DNA from: Octopus vulgaris
Taxonomy: Eukaryota
Direction: 5' to 3'
Length of the DNA stretch: 64,000 nt
Assembly: GCA_951406725.2 (NCBI GenBank)
Contig: OX597817.1
Location: 46,128,001-46,192,000 of the forward strand
Positions within the stretch are counted from its first letter, which is position 1. Each line of letters opens with the position of its first letter. Below are positions 1 through 12,150 of the stretch, one piece after another. A model generated the notes under the pieces. That model ran no database searches. It saw only the letters and a program-made list of their open reading frames with translations, and was not told where the DNA came from. The translations under genes and the position numbers were made by a program.

Positions 1-80
1 CACCGCCCGGTCCAGGAATCGAAACCACAACTTTACGATCATGAGTCCAACACCCTAACCACTGAGTCACGCGTCTCCAC
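1..80 (-). mobile_element. tRNA-derived SINE head (family C), cut by window edge
   Basis: Reverse complement reads gacgcgtgactcagtggttagggtgttggactcatgatcg...tttcgattcc, with A-box-like and B-box-like motifs; homologous to 28155-28495 and 61950-62258. Confidence 0.7.
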
Positions 81-143
81 TAATTAAATTATACTACTGT
101 GTATTCTTTTACCCAAAACTAGGTGCTTATCAACACTCCCGCG

Positions 144-196
<53 letters not shown>

Positions 197-467
197 TTAA
201 TAAGGGTGAGGGAATTAGATACTAATTTAATAGTATATCTATTCAACACCAAGTGGCCTAGTGCTCCGAGAAACCTGGATTATTATAATATTTTATAATA
301 TATTATAATATTTTTACAAAATAAATATAAGAGAGTGGTCACTATATGGCTCACTCTAGCACCAGTTAATCCAAAAGGTTTCAACCACAAAAATACATGT
401 TTCCCATGAAAGTCAGTACGATTGTTAGCTCACACGGACAGGACAAATAAAAAATAACAAAAATACA

Positions 468-559
468 GATTATTTTGGGACAGTTGTTTCGCTATTAATG
501 AATTAAATGTAATTTTACTTACAAAAAAATCCACTTGTAGCTCGTCAGCCAAAACTATC
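468..559 (-). ncRNA. Type I hammerhead ribozyme, copy 1
   Basis: Minus strand: GAUAGUUUUGG-CUGACGA-GCUA...UAGC-GAAAC-AACU-GUC-CCAAAAUAAUC. The helix III loop is a variant (AACU), so it is not palindromic in this copy. Confidence 0.75.
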
Positions 560-1001
560 TGGATGAAATCCACTCAATCACACGCCAGATTTTACCATAA
601 CGATAAATACGCGTGTGGTTCAATTGATTACATCCGACGTTATAATTCAAATGCCCCAACTAACAGCGCGCCAAACTTTCACGGAAAACAAATACAGCAT
701 TTAGAAATAAATGCAGCATAATTATAATTAATTAATAAGGGTGAGAGAATTAGATACTAATTTAATAGTATATCTATTCAACACCAAGTGGCCTAGTGCT
801 CCGAGAAACCTGGATTATTATAATATTTTATAATATATTATAATATTTTTACAAAATAAATATAAGAGAGTGGTCACTATATGGCTCACTCTAGCACCAG
901 TTAATCCAAAAGGTTTCAACCACAAAAATACATGTTTCCCATGAAAGTCAGTACGATTGTTAGCTCACACGGACAGGCAAATAAAAAATAACAAAAATAC
1001 A

Positions 1002-1093
1002 GATTATTTTGGGACAATTGTTTCGCTATTAATGAATTAAATGTAATTTTACTTACAAAAAAATCCACTTGTAGCTCGTCAGCCAAAACTATC
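1002..1093 (-). ncRNA. Type I hammerhead ribozyme, copy 2
   Basis: Minus strand: full core CUGACGA/GAAA/GUC; helix I GAUAGUUUUGG:CCAAAAUAAUC; helix II GCUA:UAGC; palindromic minimal helix III ACAAUUGU. Confidence 0.85.
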
Positions 1094-1406
1094 TGGATGA
1101 AATCCACTCAATCACAAAAATATTATAATATATTATAAAATATTATAATAATCCAGGTTTCTCGGAGCACTAGACCACTTGGTGTTGAATAGATATACTA
1201 TTAAATTAGTATCTAATTCTCTCACCCTTATTAATTAATTATAATTATGCTGCATTTATTTGTAAATGCTGTATTTGTTTTCCGTGAAAGTTTGGCGCGC
1301 TGTTAGTTGGGGCATTTGAATTATAACGTCGGATGTAATCAATTGAACCACACGCGTATTTATCGTTATGGTAAAATCTGGCGTGTGATTGAGTGGATTT
1401 CATCCA

Positions 1407-1498
1407 GATAGTTTTGGCTGACGAGCTACAAGTGGATTTTTTTGTAAGTAAAATTACATTTAATTCATTAATAGCGAAACAATTGTCCCAAAATAATC
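1407..1498 (+). ncRNA. Type I hammerhead ribozyme, copy 3
   Basis: gatagttttgg (1407-1417), CTGACGA (1418-1424), gcta (1425-1428)...tagc (1472-1475), GAAAC aatt GTC (1476-1487), ccaaaataatc (1488-1498). Predicted cleavage after 1487. Confidence 0.85.
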
Positions 1499-1941
1499 TG
1501 TATTTTTGTTATTTTTTATTTGCCCTGTCCGTGTGAGCTAACAATCGTACTGACTTTCATGGGAAACATGTATTTTTGTGGTTGAAACCTTTTGGATTAA
1601 CTGGTGCTAGAGTGAGCCATATAGTGACCACTCTCTTATATTTATTTTGTAAAAATATTATAATATATTATAAAATATTATAATAATCCAGGTTTCTCGG
1701 AGCACTAGGCCACTTGGTGTTGAATAGATATACTATTAAATTAGTATCTAATTCTCTCACCCTTATTAATTAATTATAATTATGCTGCATTTATTTCTAA
1801 ATGCTGTATTTGTTTTCCGTGAAAGTTTGGCGCGCTGTTAGTTGGGGCATTTGAATTATAACGTCGGATGTAATCAATTGAACCACACGCGTATTTATCG
1901 TTATGGTAAAATCTGGCGTGTGATTGAGTGGATTTCATCCA

Positions 1942-2033
1942 GATAGTTTTGGCTGACGAGCTACAAGTGGATTTTTTTGTAAGTAAAATTACATTTAATT
2001 CATTAATAGCGAAACAATTGTCCCAAAATAATC
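1942..2033 (+). ncRNA. Type I hammerhead ribozyme, copy 4
   Basis: Same motif as copy 3, 535 nt downstream. Predicted cleavage after 2022. Confidence 0.85.
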
Positions 2034-2173
2034 TGTATTTTTGTTATTTTTTATTTGCCCTGTCCGTGTGAGCTAACAATCGTACTGACTTTCATGGGAA
2101 ACATGTATTTTTGTGGTTGAAACCTTTTGGATTAACTGGTGCTAGAGTGAGCCATATAGTGACCACTCTCTTA

Positions 2174-2223
<50 letters not shown>

Positions 2224-2457
2224 GAGTTAGCTTTAACCCTAAGCAAGAGAGTAGCGTCACAGATGAGGAAGAATTTGATACGAAATATGGCGCTTCACTT
2301 GCTAAGCGAGTTTTCTCCCTTGTCAATCAATAGATAAGTGCTTTTGTAAAATATTCTGTTCGTGGCTAAGAGTTGTTTTAACAGTTATTTCTACCACTTT
2401 TGGTGTTTACATTCACCCTTTGTCACTAGTGCCTTTTGGGCTTAAACTGCGACTAGC

Positions 2458-2462
<5 letters not shown>

Positions 2463-2499
<37 letters not shown>

Positions 2500-2731
2500 T
2501 ATATGTATATATGCATAAATGCACATATAAATGAATATATATACATGTATGTATATATATGTCTATGTGTATTTATTTATATATATATATATATGTTTAT
2601 ATGTATATATATATATAAATATATATATATATGTATGTTTATATGTATGTATATATATATGTTTATACGTATATGTATATATGTTTATATGTATGTATAT
2701 ATATATATATATATGTGTGTGTTTATATATT

Positions 2732-2778
<47 letters not shown>
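2463..2778. repeat. Compound (AAT)n/(TA)n/(TATG)n microsatellite
   Basis: Direct inspection; source of the spurious IY-rich ORFs. Confidence 0.95.
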
Positions 2779-2781
<3 letters not shown>

Positions 2782-3146
2782 CCGTTATCATTAGTATTAA
2801 TCAGGTAATAATAAGGTGGCCACCGTGTCTACACCGTTACAGGCACAATACATGGTACATTTAGATTCAATAGGGTATATAATACCACTTGTTAAAATCA
2901 GAACCAATGCTCCAAAAACCACCATAAACTCACGATTCAGATACACACGATCAATGCAATGAACATATGAGAAGTAGGTTTACCTTTATGCTAAATACAT
3001 CGGAAAGCAATGTATATATATATACATAGCCAGCTGGAGGAGGTGTCCTCCTTGGGCTACCAGCTACAGTAGCATCTACCCTTAGGGGTTAGCCACATTT
3101 AAGTGGAAAATATACTTCACGATATATATATATACATATATGTAAT

Positions 3147-3177
<31 letters not shown>

Positions 3178-5284
3178 CTGTGTCTGTGTGTCTGTGTGTG
3201 TATGTATTGATATGTATTTATATGTACTCAATACCGGAGTACACCATTCTTTAATACATTAGAACTGAAAGACACCAATTTTCAGTACCAGTGGTCACAC
3301 ATTTCCGATCATGAGCCAATTGTCCGATCCTGCTTTACCTTTGAAATATTTGCTGTTTGCATATACTTTTTGAAATATTATTTGAATGTTATGAAAAAAA
3401 ACGTTTATTTTGATGTTCTTTTGAAAGTTTGTCTCACAGATTTTGTTAATTTCCAGTTTGATCGAACACATTGATTAACGTGAAGGGAGAAATTTAATCG
3501 AAAGTGATAATTCCTTTTAAATAACTTTCATAATTCATACCAAATCAACTCGACGAAATAAATTATTCTAAATTTATAGAGTACATATCTTTTTTTCTCA
3601 TAATTGTGAACTGACATTGAATCTTCTTTTCAGTAGCATTCGACCACAATGATAGGATTGTCTTCCAAATAAATTTAATACTGATTTTCATGTATTATTA
3701 GTTAATATAAGCTTCTGACGGCGAGCATGTGAAAGATATTTTATTAAATACTAATGCTAAATATTGAATCTTACATATCACTTGTATTAGATATTACATG
3801 CTGTGTGTTTATTTATTGTAATATGATATCACATTCTTTTAAAATAAACCTTCTAATCTCTAGTTATCATTTTCGTATTAATGTTATGTAATTAGAGACA
3901 AAGGATTACACATCATTTCAAGTATAACTTTTACGCGGTGAGGGCATATTGAATAATAAAAATGGCGGTTTTGTTTATTATGTTTTGCTGTTCAGCCACT
4001 CAATAGACGCCGGATCACGCTTAAGTTCCATCTCTAAAAATAACTACGCTTATGCTTCCTGATCAGAATTCTATCAGATGTTATGACTGCAGATCATACT
4101 GCCAGTAGCCATTAATTATAAACTGAACAGCCAATATTTGGGGAAACAAAATACAAAAACTAATTTCCCATCGCTTATTTCGATACCAACGATTCTTTGT
4201 TAATATCCAGCTTTTGAAAATCATTTCCACTTCCTACTCTAGTTTCTCTTTTCTCTTTCCAGACCGGGTTTCCTGTTACACAGATATCGAAATCTGAATA
4301 GAATTTTAGAAAGCACTCTTTTATCGTAACTTCCAGATATTTTGCGGCATCGATCTGGCACCAATTTTATTATTTTTTTTTTTTTTGTACATTTTTCCAC
4401 CCATCAATAGCAGACACTTCAAACTAATTGCTTTCAGATTACAAAATCACATTGCACTAGATTTCTGAGGTGTTTTTTTTTTTTTTCGTAAAATCTTTTC
4501 TCAAGCACTTTATATGGATATTTAGAAGAGTTAATACTTATGTCACAAGTAAAGTACCGAAATCCAATAATTTGATATTGATGTGTTGCTGGAAGGAATA
4601 TTCCATATAACGTCCCCGAAAAGCTTAGCATTGCCGATAAATTAAAGATATAAAAAAATAACGCTTTTTTTCCTTGGATATGACACAACTCAGAGCTGTT
4701 ATTCTCGGTAGGCACGTTAAATCGTTAATACAGTCAATGATAAATAACCTAAAGTTAGATATTCACTTTAAATATGTTTGAATCATCGACATTTTAAAAA
4801 CAATCCTTCCAGCAAGAATGGAGATTCATAATAAGTTTAAATATGCAGTTTCGCTTATTTATAATCTTATTTTCGTTAAAAACACAGAAACGTGAATAAA
4901 AAAAATTACAAAAGCTAACATCAATATTATGAATACACAGATGAAGTCTGTTGGGAAATGTTTTTATAAGAAGAGCGAATTATCTATCTTGTAGGTTTAT
5001 CACCTCTAGCAAACAACACAGTGCAATAAGATTAAACAAAGATCAACTTGAAATACTTATGTCTAACGAGTATATTGATTGAGTGGAATTATGTATTCCT
5101 GGAGCTCATTCTACTTAAAAGCAGCTTAGTTGCTTATACTTTACAATACCTGTCGATTATAACCAAATTATTTGATTTCGGAATCGGCTGGATTCCGTTT
5201 TCTGAACAGAATTCTTCGACACTGACTATGGAATTTATTTGCCTCTACAATGGCATATACTTCAAATAAGCATTGCTTTCTTGG

Positions 5285-5965
5285 TTTTACCGTTTTGTCC
5301 ACAGATTCTGCACTTATCACTTTCTGATGTGCTGTCTATTCTGCATTTTATATAGTTAGTTTTTAGTGCTTGCTCTTAATCAGCGCAGATTAGAGCCAAC
5401 GTTTCCGATTTTAAATCACTTTCAGTCAGCCACAGCCATATCTCTGTCTGTCTCATCTTCAACATCCCTATGAAATTGACCATGCATATATTCTTTACCC
5501 ACCTATTTCCAGTTTCATTCGTTTTCAATGTCCTGTATACTGCTTTATCTTTGCAATCTTTCATCCTACACAACCCTGAGTTTCTTATTTCTAATAATAG
5601 CGGTTCTGTGGCATGTTTACATACCATGCTATGTTGTTTTCCTATGCTCTAATGATGTGTTTGCATCCAAGAAGTCTTTTTCCTGGTACATACAGTGTGT
5701 CTGTGTCACTTTTTGGATGGAGTGCCCCATATCTAGTTAGCAACTTCCTTGTCTTGATCTAAGCTGTTTAATTCGTCTACTGTCCATGTGATTAGCCCTG
5801 CTCCACATCTAAGGAGTGAAACCGCCCAAGTGTTGATAGCTTCGATCTTATTCAGTCCGTTTAATTTCGACTGAAGGATCAGTCTCAGTCTGCGCAAGTA
5901 CTTCTTAAACTTTTCTGTCATTTCTTTCTCCATCAATTTATCCATTTCCAAAATCCCAAAATACT
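5285..5965 (-). mobile_element. R4/Dong-like non-LTR retrotransposon remnant (RT C-terminus plus zinc knuckle), disrupted
   Basis: Minus-strand peptides KYLRRLRLILQSKLNGLNKIEAINTWAVSLLR, WLWLTESDLKSETLALICA and KTNYIKCRIDSTSESDKCRICGQ resemble recalled R4/Dong ORF motifs. Stops and frameshifts present; adjacent to (ATC)n(ATT)n at 5965-6027. Confidence 0.75.
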
Positions 5966-5979
5966 TATCATCATCATCA

Positions 5980-6028
<49 letters not shown>

Positions 6029-6683
6029 AGTGATATAGAGTAACAGTTATACCAATGTACAGAACAACTTTACTGAAAATTCATTACACCTGGCATCGTT
6101 AAAAAAACGCGTGAATCATTCTCCTTGCATGTTGTCGTGTTATTTTCTTTAAAAATTAGCGTAACGAGAAAGTTGTAAACAACTGAAATGATTTTTGTCA
6201 CCGTACTTCATACTGTTTACTTTGAAGTAAAAATGAACTATTCATGTATAGTTAGTACAAATTATATTGAAGTCACTGCTATTAGGCAACTACTTTCAAA
6301 ACAAATCCTGCTTTAGAAATAAAAGCGGTAAAAACTGTGTGACATCTCCATAAAATTCAAACCGACTCCATTCCAAGAATATTTAATAACTGAAAAGTGT
6401 TAGTTCAATTTCTTTTCTGTTTTTTTTTTTGTTTTTAATGTTTTACTAAAGACTTCATAATGTCCCATTAATAAACGGTAAAAAAAAATTCTAGTATTTC
6501 CTCTGCAGAATTTCATGCTGTTTTATTTTCTTTCTGTTTGAGAAAATTACTTCTACTTCTGATTCTGCGACCACTGGTGCTGCTGCAGCAAATAATATGC
6601 CACCGCAACCAACACCACCACCACCACTACTAATACTACTACTACTTCTACTGCTACTACTACTACTGCTGCTGCTGCTGTTG

Positions 6684-7040
6684 CAGGTGCTTTGTTTTGT
6701 CTTGGTATAAAAGATGGGCTAGAGCAAATATTCTGCTCAATACCAGAGATTTGCTTGTCACTTGCTTGACCTTAACCGGTTGAACATGTTCCTTAGTGGC
6801 TGACGATATGTGTATATCTGATGACAAGCAGATGCAGTGAGGGAGCATCACAGCCATGTGTTGTTTGGGATTCTTTGGGGCTTGGATAATTGAACTTTGG
6901 AGACTTCGTTTAATATCCTTAAACAACCCTTATTCATGGACCCTTTGACCGGGATGGGCTACTTGACCTGAAGAAAATTCTAGCTGGGCCACTCCTACTA
7001 CGTCAATCTTTTGTAAATTTTCGCTATGTATATACATAGC
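6684..7040. repeat. Interspersed repeat of unassigned class next to (CTA)n(CTG)n
   Basis: GC-richer block. Its last ~60-90 bp recur at 7178-7262 (direct) and at 9877-10506 (inverted, 8 times). Confidence 0.45.
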
Positions 7041-7047
7041 GAAAATT

Positions 7048-7122
<75 letters not shown>

Positions 7123-7276
7123 CAAAGTTGAGTTGTGGGGTATCGCACGAGTTGAATTATATACGAAAGAAGGTTTGACCGGGATGGGCTACTTGACCTG
7201 AAGAAAATTCTAGCTGGGCCACTCCTACTACGTCAATCTTTTGTAAATTTTCGCTATGTATATACATAGCGAAAAT

Positions 7277-7335
<59 letters not shown>

Positions 7336-7390
7336 CAAAGTTGAGTTGTGGGGTATCGCACGAGTTGAATTATATACGAAAGAAGGTTTG
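6947..7390. repeat. Tandem duplication of a ~230-bp junction unit containing a 36-bp perfect palindrome
   Basis: gaccgggatgggc...(TA)n...aaggtttga occurs twice, joined through tttga microhomology. Palindrome taaattttcgctatgtatatacatagcgaaaattta at 7014-7049 and 7244-7279. Confidence 0.85.
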
Positions 7391-8064
7391 AAAATGCAAT
7401 TTAAAAGATGTTTATTTACTTAACCGGTTTCACTCTTTGGAAAAAGATTGTCAAAAGTAACATAGAATATTATGATTTCAAAAAAGTTTTTTACATAATT
7501 GCCACATTGAATATTATGAATTCAAAAAAGTTTTTTACATAATTGTCACGTTACATGTATAAATATAGTGTTTGGTAACAGGGATATGTTAAGGGCATAA
7601 AGAAGTTCAACACTGTGATGAGAATATTTGGAAAAATTGGCAGAAAAGAATAAAAGAGATATATTATTGGAAATTTGGTTGCGTTAATTATTGGTTGTTG
7701 CAAATTGTCACATTACATGTATATATATACAGTCTTTGGTAAAAAAGGACATATTAAAGACATAAGGAGGTGCAATAGTATGGTGAGAATATTTGAAAAA
7801 TTGACAGAAAAAATTAAAATGAATATATTATACATCTCAGGGTCCGTACAGAATATTATGAATTGAAGGCGAGAGTTTGTTTTTACTGACCTGTTCGTTT
7901 TAGCAAAAATGTTGAATTGAGAGAAATGTACCCGTTTTGTTCTGTTTATGGCTTCCCTTCAAGCATCAATGATTTTGGGGTTATCATGAGGTGAGTATGT
8001 GTGTCTCTCTGCGTGTGTGTGAATAGATGTGTCTGTGTGCCCGTAGTATCTGGTCAGACGGCGT

Positions 8065-8948
8065 CTGTTTGTCACACACATACACACACACAACACACAC
8101 ACACATAATATACAAACACGCAACACACACACACAACACACACACATACAGAACACACACATGCACAACGCACACACATATATAATATACACACACAGCA
8201 CACAAATATAACATGTATTTATATATAATACACACACATATATAACACACACACACACAACACACACACAACACACGCACACATACATACATAATATAAA
8301 TATAACACAAATACACCTAGCACATATATACATACAATACACATACACAGCATATATATAATACACATACACAATATATACATACAATATACATACACAA
8401 TACATACATATAATATATATATATAGACAATGCATATACATATATACATATATACATATAAATAGTGTTTACATACACATACATAAATATACCACATATA
8501 CACACAATATACATACATACAATGTATACATATACACGTACGCATACATATAACATATATATACACACACATAACATACACATACACAATGCATACATAT
8601 ATATACATGCAATGTATATACATGTATTCATGCATATATAACACACCTACAATATACACATAATTGTACACATACATATACAATACACATACATACAATA
8701 TACATATACACAATGCACATGCAAATAATGCACATATTTATACACACACATATATGCATATATATATATATATAGATAGATAGATATATATATTCACACA
8801 CATACACACACATATATATAAAATTCACACACACACACACAAAATACATACCTATAGCGTACACACACAAATATATCTCTACATACCGCACACACACACA
8901 AAAACAATGTACTCACATATACACACATACCATGCATACACATACACA

Positions 8949-8987
<39 letters not shown>

Positions 8988-9150
8988 AAACAAATACACA
9001 TGTAAATACATACACACGCACACAATGCACACACACACACACACACAGTGCACACACACACACATATACACACGCACACACACACACACACAACGCGCAC
9101 ACGCACACACACACACACTACACTCACACACATACATAACCTACATATAT
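8065..9150. repeat. ~1.1-kb cryptic (CA)n/(TACA)n low-complexity tract
   Basis: Direct inspection; produces the CVY-rich ORFs. Confidence 0.9.
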
Positions 9151-9305
9151 ATAATGCATGCGTGTGCGTGCCGCGTATGTGTGCGATCAATGCCCGCTAG
9201 TGTGCCCTATGTGTGCCGATGCGCGCATGTGTCCGCCCGCACGATATGCTGCGAGTGTGCACGTGTCCCTGTGTGCTTGCTCTGGATGTGTTCCTAGGGG
9301 GTATG

Positions 9306-9854
9306 TTAGAGTATGTTTAGTTGTGGTCTGTATTTTTGAATAAGATTACTTTCCCTATTTATTCGAGTTTGGTCTGCGGTATTGTCCGAGCATTGGTATA
9401 GTGGGAAGACTAAGAATTTGGGGGACTTATTGTGTGCACAAAGGTCTAAGTGTCCACTTAGTGGTATCTGTCTTGTGGAGGGGTCCCTCAGTTGTTGTCG
9501 GTGAACTGTCATTCTTTCGCTGAGGGTAAGGCTCGTTTGCCCTATGTAGTCTTCGTGGAATCCTTCACACCTTATGACGTAGAGTAAATTTTTTGGTGCG
9601 CACGTGAAATTATTTTTTATAATGAATGTGTGTCCCGAGTGGAACTTGTACGTCGATCCCTCAATGAGGTGGATGCAAGTCCTGCAGTTGGGGCGACCAC
9701 ATTTTTTGATGGTGGGCGGTGGGTTTGTGTTGTGTAATTTTGCGTTGGTGAGGAGGTTTTTTAGGGATTTAGGTTGTCTCTTACTTTTTATTATTTTATG
9801 AGCTGCCAGTATTTTTTTCAGGCGTGGGTCTTGATTTAGTTGTGGAATGTTGTT
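9306..9854 (-). pseudogene. PLE GIY-YIG endonuclease domain with Cys-rich linker (open frame, 5'-truncated)
   Basis: KKCGRPNCRTC...FTCAPKNLLYVIRC...DYIGQTSLTLSERMTVHRQQ...RESNLIQKYRPQLN. The first 16 aa of the track ORF are microsatellite. Confidence 0.9.
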
Positions 9855-9876
9855 GTATATATATATATATATATAT

Positions 9877-10069
9877 AGCGAAAATTTACAAAAAATTGAC
9901 ATAGCAGGAGCGGCCCAGTCATAATTTTATTATATGTATATATACAGAGCGAAAATTTTCCCAAAAATTGACATAGCAGGAGAGGCCCAGTCAGAGTTTT
10001 ATTATATATATATATATATAACGATAATTTACAAAAAAATGACATAGCAGGAGCGGCCCAGTCAGAATT

Positions 10070-10152
<83 letters not shown>

Positions 10153-10506
10153 GCGAAAATTTACAAAAAATTGACATAGCAGGAAGCGGCCCAGTCAGAA
10201 TTTTATTATATATATATATATACATAGCGAAAATTTACAAAAAATTGACATAGCAGGAGCGGCCCAGTTAGAAGTTTACTATATATATATATATATATAC
10301 ATAGCGAAAATTTACAAAAAAATGACATAGCAGGAGCGGCCCAGTCAGAATTTTATTATATATATATATATATATACATAGCGAAAATTTACAAAAAAAA
10401 TTACAAATCAGGAGCGGCCCAGTCAGAATTTTATTATATATATAGCGAAAATTTACAAAAAATTGACATAGTAGGAGCGGCCCAGTTAGAATTTTCTTCA
10501 GGTCAA
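9877..10506. repeat. Eight ~58-bp units separated by (TA)n of variable length
   Basis: Unit tagcgaaaatttacaaaaaattgacatagcaggagcggcccagtcagaattttatt is the reverse complement of 6962-7030. Confidence 0.9.
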
Positions 10507-10524
10507 TATATATATATATACATA

Positions 10525-10690
10525 TATACGACGGGCTTCTTTCAGTTTCCGTCAACCGAATCCACTCACAAGTTTTTGGTCAGCCCTAGGCTATAGTAAA
10601 AGACACTTGCCCAAGGTGTCACGCAGTGGGACTGGACCCAGAGCCGTGTGGTTGTGAAGCACGCTGCTTAACACAGCCACGACTACGCCT
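10525..10690 (-). mobile_element. tRNA-derived SINE family A, 5' half
   Basis: Matches the head half of the full copies (e.g. 14489-14885) and stops at the internal (TA)n. Confidence 0.8.
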
Positions 10691-11777
10691 ATGTATGCAT
10701 ATATATATGTCATTTTCCACTTTTGTCTCAAGATTTCCTACCAATAGAGACAGACTCGGGTGCGAACCTAGATTCGAGGTATTTTAAGAACAACAACAAC
10801 AACAACAACAGGGTATTTGTGTTTGTATGTATGCATATGTGCAGATTTGTATGTTTTGTTTTATGCATATATTCTAATGCATATAGTTGCATATCTAGAC
10901 ATGCTATATATGAGCTTAACTGATAAACATCTGGAACTTTTGGAGATTTTTACCTACCTACCTACCTACTACCTACCTAATTACCACTCTAACAGTGTTG
11001 GATTTAATCTGTAATTTTCGAACCATCTTTCTCTCTACTGGTTTTGAGAAGCCTAATTTCGCGAGATTGATATTTAGGCAAAGTGTTACATATACCACTA
11101 TCCCTATCAATTATAGGTAATCGTCATAATCTGGATAGAATAGTTGTAAATTCCTGTATAGTTCAGCTTGTGGATGTATGTATGTATGTATGTATGTATG
11201 TATGACGGAATTCAGAACAATTTCTTTCTGCTAAAATCCTTAGTTAGCCCAGGGCTCTAGGAAAAATACACCACTAACGCGCTGCCCCGTGGATCAAAAC
11301 TCCTCCTCATGTCAATATTTTCTCATTTTTCGTTTCTTCTCGGCAAGACCTTCAAGCATGTTCTTCCAGTATGTGCTTCTAGCATCAAATGTCCTCATCT
11401 AACGACTATCTTTTTCAATTTTGTTTGCTGTATTCCTTTCTTTCCAGTCGCTTGCAATGTCAACAAGATATGGCCTTGCTTTGATGTTAACTATATTACT
11501 TTCGCTGAAATCTTTTTTTAAATTTTTTTATTTTCTGTTTTAGATACCGACAATGTATATTTCTGTTATTTACTTTCTGTAATTCTCAATAATGTTAATC
11601 CCTGCATCGTTTGAACAATTTTGTTTTGTTGCTTTCAAAAATCATTCTTTTTGTATGCAACCAGGTGGAATTGCTTTCTCTCTAACTAGTGTGGGGAAAG
11701 TAAGTCTATAAATAGTGTCACTTATCCTTCCACCGATATAGCAATGCTTATAAAATATTCGTGAATTTAATGTATAT

Positions 11778-12150
11778 CAAGAGCATTCAGAGAGCGCAAA
11801 CCTCCGTGAAGACAACACCAATGTCCTCTCATCGATTAGACGGAGATGATTTTTAAAATGAGAATATCTGAAATAAACTCGACTACTCTCGCAAAAGAAT
11901 ATTAAAAATGAACCCGACCGCTCTCAAAAATTAAATAAAAAAAGAAAAGCTGGAAAAATAATACAGAATACTTTTCTGGTACCGGATTGATCTCAAAATT
12001 TAATCGTGCCAGTCACGAGGCCAAACATCAGTAAATGTTTCATCCGAATCCATCCAGTGGTTCTTAAAATGCCACGTCCACTGACAAACAAACAAACAAA
12101 CGAACACAACTGAAAACAATACCTCCGAATTCACTAAGGCGGAGGTAATA
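11778..12150 (-). mobile_element. Helentron/HINE (DINE-1-like) non-autonomous element, copy 1
   Basis: Terminal hairpin tacctccg...cggaggta, internal (TTTG)n, subterminal acctccg repeat near the other end; homologous to 16359-16737. Confidence 0.6.

Larger units (their letters stand above)
191..2178. repeat. Fold-back tandem array of a 535-bp ORF-less monomer carrying a hammerhead ribozyme (retrozyme-like)
   Basis: 191-1116 is about 1.7 tandem monomers; 1116-2178 is about 2.0 monomers in the opposite orientation. Copies differ at only a handful of positions. (TA)n flanks both ends (147-190, 2178-2218). Confidence 0.92.
7325..9854 (-). mobile_element. 5'-truncated Penelope-like element (Neptune-like), GIY-YIG domain plus long 3' tail
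   Basis: Endonuclease ORF at 9306-9854, then ~2 kb of downstream sequence including a ~1.1-kb TG-rich tract and a relic HHR-like motif at 7416-7460. (TA)n at both ends. The left boundary is inferred. Confidence 0.7.

Noticed and set aside
1549-1575. Second vestigial hammerhead in the monomer (ctgac...gaaacatgta)
   Set aside because: GA of the core, helix II and helix I cannot be formed; likely chance.
2255-2300. Hammerhead-like cagatgagga...gaaata
   Set aside because: The core is CAGAUGA, helix II does not pair, and there is no room for helix III.
9877-10506. CRISPR-like repeat/spacer pattern
   Set aside because: The spacers are only (TA)n, the repeats are ~58 bp and degenerate, the context is eukaryotic and there are no cas genes.
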